A stretch of DNA of 64,000 nt from Euglena gracilis (taxonomy: Eukaryota). Each line of letters begins with the position of its first letter. The stretch's first letter is position 1. This document shows, piece after piece, positions 42,701 to 51,700 of this stretch. Position numbers and translations under genes: made by a program. The notes below the pieces were generated by a model. The model had not been told where the DNA came from. It worked only from the letters and a program-made list of their open reading frames with translations, and made no database searches. The stretch covers positions 7,876,634 to 7,940,633 of the forward strand of contig CP154954.1 of assembly GCA_039621445.1 (NCBI GenBank). Reading direction: 5' to 3'.

Positions 42701-45700
42701 AGCTCGATGCGCTTCGCAGCCGCAATCCCGGATCCGGGTGAGGACCAGGAGGGGGGGGGGGCAGAGGCTGGGGGCGGTTGAGCTGGAAAAAAGCTGCTGA
42801 CCGCACGGGCGACAGTGGGCAGAGCTTCGCCCCATAAACGAGAGCTGGCGGAAATGAGGCCCACTGACAGGGGCACATGGCCCAGAAACCCCAAAAACCC
42901 AAAAAAAAACCAAAAGGGCAAACAAAGGGACAAGCCAACCGCTAGAACGGAAAATAGATCCAGATGGGGGGGATTTTGAAAGAAATCTGCCACGGCTCAC
43001 GAGGAAAAAAATTGGGCAGCATTTTTCCATTGGTGTAAAATTTGGCAGTCCCCCAGCCAAGCAAAACAGTCAAGTGGGCCAGCTGCATAGTCAGACATTG
43101 GGGGAAGTTGAGCGCCTTCAGCTTAAGGAAAAAAACCTGCAACAAAACAAAAACCAAGGATTTGGAATGAAAAGAACGCGAAAAAAAGAACCAACGGGGC
43201 ACACAAAAAACAACCACACCCCCCACCAACCCCAGGGACAACCCCCAAAACGATCCCCCAGTCATACCCCACCCCCCCCCCTTTGGGGGTCCACGACTGA
43301 AACAACCCCTCCCACCCCCCCCACCTGCACAACTGGCCAGAAGCAAATTTTCGAAGCCACCTGCAACCCCCGACCAGAATGATGGTCGTACGCACCCCCT
43401 CACCTGCAACCCCTGACCGGGGGTGGCCATTGTTCAGGGTTGGTCGGTGGGCAAGGGGGGGGGGGGTAAATTGGGCCGATTCCGGCATCAATCCTGGGCC
43501 TAACCCTAACCCCGTTCCTTCAATAAACCAAAGATCTCCTCTTGGGGGATCAAAAAGTGCACCTGCCATCGACATTTTATTGCATGTGTATGTGCACATA
43601 TGCACATATGCGCATATGCACACACTCATATGCACACACATATGCACACACGTTGCAAAAATCACATGCTTGAACAGAATTCAAGGGGAGTTCAAGCAGC
43701 AATTATTAGTTGTCAAGCACAAAAGCAGAGGTTCCCGAGATGGACAGTTTCAAATCGAAACATATGCACTGTGCTTTCTGGTGGTTCTCCCAGCAATGTC
43801 TGCCCTGCAACCCCCCTCCCGCATCCCGGGAGGGGACACACCCGCCGGGCTGGGGCCACTGTTCCCGCACGCGGCGCAGTGCCCGATTGCCAGGGCCCGG
43901 ACCTGGCCACTGCCGAACAGCTCGCCGGCAACCAGCTGGCCTGTCAGCAGGCCGTAGGGGAAGGTGACTACGGCCTTCGGGGCGAGAGGGGGGGGGGGGG
44001 GGGTGGAAGGGGGGGGTTTTTCAAAACAAAACTTGAAATAACAACTTATAGGAAATTGTATAAACAAAAAAAAAAAAAAAAAAACACAGAAAAAAAAAAA
44101 CTAGAAAAAAAAAAAAAAAGTGGGCGGGTCAGAAGCAGGACATCGCTTGAGGACCCCCCCCTGGTGGGGGGGGGGTCCAGCTCAGAGGCTGGAAGATTTG
44201 GCTGAGCTGGAAAAAAGCTGCTGACTGAGGTCACCCAGCTGGAAGTGGGCCAGAGTGAAACCGCCAGTTGGGCAAAAAATCGATTTTTTGACCTGAAATT
44301 TGCCTGGCCAGCCCTTTTCCAACACATTTTCGCCCATTTTTGGGGCCATTTTTGCACCCAGAAAGCCAAAATCCATATTGACATGGGGGGGGGGGGGTGG
44401 GGGGGGGGGGGGGGAAAACAAACCTGAAATTTGCATGGCCAGCCCTTTCCAAACACATTTTCGCCCATTTTGGGGGGCCATTTTGGCACCCAAGAAAGCC
44501 CAAAAATCCATATTCCAGGTTGGGAAATCTGCCGCTGGCTGGAAAAAAGGCTGGCTGCTGGGCTCAGAATTTTTCCCACTGTGGCGGGCGTCACTTGGTG
44601 GTCTCCCCCAGAGAGAATCAGAGTGGTGGCCTCAGGCATGTTGATCAGGACATTGGCTGGGTTGACGCCTCCGCTGTAGGCCCACACTTTGCCGGTCAAC
44701 GTCACCTGCAATGACAGAACACAAGGAGGCCAGCGAACAAGGATTCGTATGAGGAAAAAAGGGGACACGCAGATGGAATCATCCGATTTCATATGGACAG
44801 GGATTTTTGAAGAAGAAAAAAAAGGCAACGGGGGCACAGGCCGCCACCCACCCACCAACCCACCCACCCACCGCTGAAAGTGCTCCCCTGCAGCAGGATT
44901 CAATTAATGGGCAGGGGGGGGGTCGGACCACCCCCCTCTGGTCAAGGAGACAACGCTCACTTAAACCCTGCACTTGCCTTGCATTTCCAACCTTTAGAAT
45001 CCGAGGGGAAGGGTCCGGACCCCCCCCCCAGCACAAACCTGGCCAGAAGCAAATTTTTGTGATGCCGCAGAATGACAAAATCCCCCTAGGTCATCCCCCA
45101 GGTCGACCGGAGACAGGTTGACAGGAGAATGACAAAATCCCCCAGGTTGTGAAAAATGGGGGTGGGGTTTGTTGTGCGGTTTGTTGTGTCGCATTTCTTG
45201 AGGGCCTGTGAAAAGCTAACACTTTCCGAAATGCCGCCAAAAGCTGACAAGGTGTCAAAATCGGGAATGATTCACCCTTCCCCGCACCACACCTTCGATT
45301 CAACCATCCTTAGTGGTGATTTTTTTGGGCAAGAAATCACTGTTTTCAAAACACCTTGAAATAACACCTTAATAATGCCTCAAAATACCTGATTGTTTTC
45401 GAAATTGTTGGTCAAACCAAATTTGTTTATCATTTGGGGGGATTATTTGGGCAAAACTTCGAAATCAAAAATTGACCCAAAAACCCCTCCACAGGTTCTG
45501 GTGGTCCCTTTTTTGGCGTTTTTGGGCATTTTTGAAAAATTGGAGCATTTGGCATATTTTCTGCACCAATTTCATTCAGTTTGGTGAGTTTTTTTTTTGC
45601 AACAGTTCTGGTGCTGTTCCTTTTTTTCCCTGTGCGTTCACAGCTGCCAGAGGGGGGGGGTTATTATTTGGTCGGCCGAAGTCGGTCCTCGGGGGGGGGG

Positions 45701-48700
45701 GAGGTCATTGTTTGGGGGCAGGATTACAATGGATGGAGGGAGAAAGATCCCCCGGAAACCCAATTAATTTTTGCACTGAGATTTTTTGAAAGTGTGTCAA
45801 ATGTTGTTGTGGGGAGCTTTTTGCAGCCGAAATTTTCCGGCATTTTACCCCGGATTGGATAGTAGTTGGCGCTGTGGTATGGCGTTATTATGACCTGAAG
45901 GCATGAAGAAGGAAATGAGAATTCATGGACGTGAGAAAAACACTGCTTAAAATCATTGTCTCACGATATCACTGTTCCAGACTGGAGCTCTGGTCCAACA
46001 ATTTGCACACATGCAAACCTGCGTCCCCATCATGTTGATCACCACACTGGCGGAGGCCGGCCCCTCAATGTCCACACCCCAGATGGTGTCCCACTCTCCT
46101 GGGAGGACACTCAGGACGTTGACGCCCGGCTTGGCGGTGACGATCAGCTCGCCGTAGGACTCCGAGAGGGCGGCGGTGTCCTCCATGGCCCCGAGCGCCC
46201 CGCTGTGCCACAGGAAATACTGAGACAGGGTCTGGAAGTCGGGGGCAGACGGGGGCTTCGGGGGGAAGCCTGGGCAGTCTGGGTCGGTTCCATGACCCAA
46301 AGGAGGAATCAAAAAAAAAAAGAAATGAAGCTGAAAGGACAAAACCTGAAAGGAAAATAATATTTTAAATTTGTAATATTTCCATGCTATTCCAGGGCAT
46401 CACTTGAGCACTAGAGCGGGTCCAGTTCACAGACTGGAAATTTTGGGTGTCCGTTTTTCACAGGCAGGGCGGAGTCAGGTTTGAAATCACTTGATGATCC
46501 CCAGAGGGAAAATTTGGGCACCCCTCCTCCCAGATGATGGGTAGTCTGCCCACCGGAACTGGTCGAAATGGGATTGAACCAGGAAGAAAAACCAAAAGTT
46601 TACCCCAATTTTCACCAATTGCTTTCACCAATTGCTTATCGTGCCCTCAACAAAAAAATTTCAGTCCAGCCGCCGGAATGGGGAAACAAAAAGGCAGCCT
46701 CAAACTACTGGCCCACACAGTCGAATGACAGGGGGCATTTATGGGGCCCCGGGCGGATTCCTGTGGGTGCTCATCCTGGGGGTGATGCCGACCTGGTCGG
46801 CCCGACCACCTGGTCGGCCCGACCATGGTCGGGCCGACCAGGTCGATAACTACCCCTGGGGGTGATACCGACCAGGTCGGTATCACCCCCAGGAATCTGC
46901 ATTACCCCCCCCCCTTTTGGAAATTTAAGCCCCCCCCCCGGGTTTCCAAAAGACGAGATCAACATGCACCCGAAAAGGGGTTGTCAGATAAAAGGGGGTT
47001 ATTTTGTTAATGAAAGGGATAGGGTTAGGTCGACTTGAGAAGGGGTTGGCAGATAAAAGGGGTTTATTTTGTTAATGAAAGGGATAGGGTTAGGTCGACT
47101 TGCACCCGAAAAGGGGTTGGCAGATAAAAGGGGTTGCCAGATAAAAGGGGTTTTTTTGTTAATGAAAGGGATAGGGTTAGGTCTACTTGCACCCGAGAAG
47201 GGGTTGGCAGGTAAAAGGGGTTGATTTTGTTAATGAAAGGGATAGGGTTAGGTCGACTTGCACCCAAAAAGGGGTTGGCGGATAAAAGGGGTTGATTTTG
47301 TTAATGAAAGGGATAGGGTTAGGTCGACTTGCACCCAAGAATTATGGGTTGGCGGATAAAGGGGGTTTATTTTGTTAATGAAAGGGATAGGGTTAGGTCG
47401 ATTTGCACCCGAGAAGGGGTTGGCAGATAAAAGGGGTTGCCAGATAAAAGGGTTTTTTTTGTTAATGAAAGGGATAGGGTTAGGTCTATTTGCACCCGAA
47501 AAGGGGTTGGCGGATAAAGGGGGTTTATTTTGTTAATGAAAGGGATAAGGTTAGGTCGACTTGCACCCGAAAAGGGGTTGGTAGATAAAAGGGGGTTATT
47601 TTGTTAATGAAAGGGATAGGGTTAGGTCGACTTGAGAAGGGGTTGGCAGATAAAAGGGGTTTATTTTGTTAATGAAAGGGATAGGGTTAGGTCGACTTGC
47701 ACCCGAAAAGGGGTTGGCAGATAAAAGGTGTTGGCAGATAAAAGGGGTTTTTTTGTTAATGAAAGGGATAGGGTTAGGTCTACTTGCACCCGAGAAGGGG
47801 TTGGCAGGTAAAAGGGGTTGATTTTGTTAATGAAAGGGATAGGGTTAGGTCGACTTGCACCCGAAAAGGGGTTGGCAGATAAAAGGGGTTGCCAGATAAA
47901 AGGGGTTTTTTTGTTAATGAAAGGGATAGGGTTAGGTCTATTTGCACCCGAAAAGGGGTTGGCAGGTAAAAGGGGTTGATTTTGTTAATGAAAGGGATAG
48001 GGTTAGGTCGACTTGCACCCGAAAAGGGGTTGGCGGATAAAAGGGGTTGATTTTGTTAATGAAAGGGATAGGGTTAGGTCGACTTGCACCCAAGAATTAT
48101 GGGTTGGCGGATAAAGGGGGTTTATTTTGTTAATGAAAGGGATAGGGTTAGGTCGATTTGCACCCGAGAAGGGGTTGGCAGATAAAAGGGGTTGCCAGAT
48201 AAAAGGGTTTTTTTTGTTAATGAAAGGGATAGGGTTAGGTCTATTTGCACCCGAAAAGGGGTTGGCGGATAAAGGGGGTTTATTTTGTTAATGAAAGGGA
48301 TAAGGTTAGGTCGACTTGCACCCGAAAAGGGGTTGGTAGATAAAAGGGGTTTATTTTGTTAATGAAAGGGATAGGGTTAGGTCGACTTGCACCCGAAAAG
48401 GGGTTGGCAGATAAAGGGGGTTGGCAGAAAAATGGGGTTTATTTTGTTAATGAAAGGGATAGGGTTAGGTCGACTTGCACCCGAGAAGGGGTTGGCGGAT
48501 AAAGAGGGTTTATTTTGTTAATGAAAGGGATAGGGTTAGGTCGATTTGCACCCGAGAAGGGGTTGGCAGATAAAAGGTGTTGCCAGATAAAAGGGGTTTT
48601 TTTGTTAATGAAAGGGATAGGGTTAGGTCTACTTGCACCCGAGAAGGGGTTGGCAGGTAAAAGGGGTTGATTTTGTTAATGAAAGGGATAGGGTTAGGTC

Positions 48701-51700
48701 GACTTGCACCCGAAAAGGGGTTGGCGGATAAAAGGGGTTGATTTTGTTAATGAAAGGGATAGGGTTAGGTCGACTTGCACCCAAGAATTATGGGTTGGCG
48801 GATAAAGAGGGTTTATTTTGTTAATGAAAGGGATAGGGTTAGGTCGATTTGCACCCGAGAAGGGGTTGGCAGATAAAAGGGGTTGCCAGATAAAAGGGTT
48901 TTTTTTGTTAATGAAAGGGATAGGGTTAGGTCTATTTGCACCCGAAAAGGGGTTGGCGGATAAAGGGGGTTTATTTTGTTAATGAAAGGGATAAGGTTAG
49001 GTCGACTTGCACCCGAAAAGGGGTTGGTAGATAAAAGGGGTTTTTTTTGTTAATGAAAGGGATAGGGTTAGGTCGACTTGCACCCGAAAAGGGGTTGGCA
49101 GTTAAAACGGGTTGATTTTGTTAATGAAAGGGATAGGGTTAGGTCGACTTGCACCCGAAAAGGGGTTGGCGGATAAAGGGGGTTTATTTTGTTAATGAAA
49201 GGGATAGGGTTAGGTCGATTTGCACCCGAGAAGGGGTTGGCAGATAAAAGGGGTTGCCAGATAAAAGGGATTTTTTTGTTAATGAAAGGGATAGGGTTAG
49301 GTCTACTTGCACCCGAAAAGGGGTTGGCGGATAAAGGGGGTTTATTTTGTTAATGAAAGGGATAAGGTTAGGTCGACTTGCACCCGAAAAGGGGTTGGTA
49401 GATAAAAGGGGTTTATTTTGTTAATGAAAGGGATAGGGTTAGGTCGACTTGCACCCGAAAAGGGGTTGGCAGATAAAGGGGGTTGGCAGAAAAATGGGGT
49501 TGATTTTGTTAATGAAAGGGATAGGGTTAGGTCGACTTGCACCCGAAAAGGGGTTGGCAGTTAAAACGGGTTGATTTTGTTAATGAAAGGGATAGGGTTA
49601 GGTCGACTTGCACCCGAAAAGGGGTTGGCAGATAAAAGGGGTTGCCAGATAAAAGTGTTTTTTTTTTTGTTAATGAAAGGGATAGGGTTAGGTCGACTTG
49701 CACCCGAGATGGGGTTGGCAGGTAAAAGGGGTTGATTTTGTTAATGAAAGGGATAGGGTTAGGTCGATTTGCACCCGAAAAGGGGTTGGCAGATAAAGGG
49801 GGTTGGCAGAAAAATGGGGTTTATTTTGTTAATGAAAGGGATAGGGTTAGGTCGATTTGCACCCGAGAAGGGGTTGGCGGATAAAAGGGGTTTTTTTGTT
49901 AATGAAAGGGATAGGGTTAGGTCGACTTGCACCCGAGAAGGGGTTGGCGGATAAAAGGTGTTGATTTTGTTAATGAAAGGGATAGGGTTAGGTCGACTTG
50001 CACCTGAAAAGGGGTTGGCGGATAAAAGGTGTTGATTTTGTTAATGAAAGGGATAGGGTTAGGTCGACTTGCACCCGAAAAGGGGTTGGCGGATAAAAGG
50101 TGTTGATTTTGTTAATGAAAGGGATAGGGTTAGGTCGACTTGCACCCGAAAAGGGGTTGGCGGATAAAAGGTGTTGATTTTGTTAATGAAAGGGATAGTG
50201 TTAGGTCGACTTGCACCCAAGAATTAGGGGGGGTTTCCCATGGACCCATGGACATGTAGGGTAAATTGAGTAACCCCCCCCCCCCCTAATTGTCACCCCC
50301 CCCCCTAATACTCGCCAGGGGGGTCAAAACGCTCCCGAGGGGGTGCCATACATATGTGGGGGGTCACGTTATTAAAATTTTTTAATTAAATTTTTACTTT
50401 ACTTAACAATTGACCTATTCAAACGAAGGGGGGGGGGCTTAAATTTCCAAAAGGTGGGGGGGGTAATGCGGATTTCTGGGGGTCGGGCCGACCAGGTCGG
50501 CATCACCCCCAGAGGTCGGTATCCCACCAACAGGGGTCGGGCCGACCACAGGTCGGGCCGACCAGGTCGGCATCACCCCCAGGATGAGCACCCACAGGAA
50601 TCCGCACGGAGCCCATTTATGGGATTGGTCTGGATGAGGTTTGGACAAATTGCAGGCAAAATAAATCTGAAACAGATTTTGGAGAAAGGAAAGGTGGGTT
50701 GCAAATGGGCTGCCCAGCCGGGGTTTGGTTCAAAAATTTGCTTTGATTTTCTATTCCAGTAAAACTGTTTTCCCCCGCTCCTTTGGCATTGTGAAGGTCG
50801 AAAGGTACTTGGAGCCTGTTTTTGCCGAGCCCAAACTTCTTTGTTGCAGGGTTCAGCTGCACTCCGCCGTCCACCGTGATGGCGTCTGGCTGAACCGAGC
50901 TTGCCACAGCGGTCCCCTGCACCACACCATAGCAGGTCGCTGGGATGCTGTTTCGCAGGTGTCCGGCCACTTGGACATTCCCATCCACACTGGGGACAGG
51001 GCTGCTCTCCAACCGGGGGAGGGGGTGGTTCGGGACGCGGGGGGGGACGCGGGGGGGGGGGGCACGGGGGGGGTACGGGGGGGGGAACTCGTCCAACTGC
51101 CCCAGCACATTTTCTTTGGCGTCACCCAAATTTGTGTGTCATTCTCCTTTGGTCGACCAAAAAATGTGCCCGGCCAGAATCCGGGACGCCGGGGGGGGAC
51201 GTGGGGGGGGGACGCGGGGGGGACGCGGGGGGGAACACCCCCACAACATGGACCCTAAAAATAAAAAAAAGCGACGCAAAAAAAAACACAAACAAATGCA
51301 AAAAAAACCACAAATTGCATGCGAAAACCTTTAGGAGCTCCCCCAGGATGTACACTTTTCCAGTGGGGGGGGTCGGATCGGGAGTGCCTTGGAGTGCCTG
51401 CCCAGGCAGGCACCCCCCCCCCCCCCCCCGGGGGGGGGTGGCACCCGACTGAAATACAGCCTGCTGCCGACGCAGCGCAGGATAGCCCTGTTCTGCACAC
51501 GACAGGTCCAGGTCTCCTCCTGTCTGCACACCGCCGCCAACGTACCCGCCATTGATGTGCAGGTCACCGCCAGTCACATGAGCAACCGGAGAGGCAGCTG
51601 GAGCAAGGATGGACACAGCACGGTACCAAGCGGCCCCGGCGGCGGCACAGGGCCCAGAGAGTGCACCACTGTACGGTGCCTGCTGGCTGCCAATGTTGGC

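Noticed and set aside
46965-50220. CRISPR-like regular array
   Set aside because: No unique spacers and no cas genes, in a eukaryotic intron; it is a tandem minisatellite.
46241-50870. Exact boundaries of the exon 3/4 intron (also exon 5/6, 43987-44594)
   Set aside because: Several conventional and nonconventional solutions fit and none is convincing without RNA.
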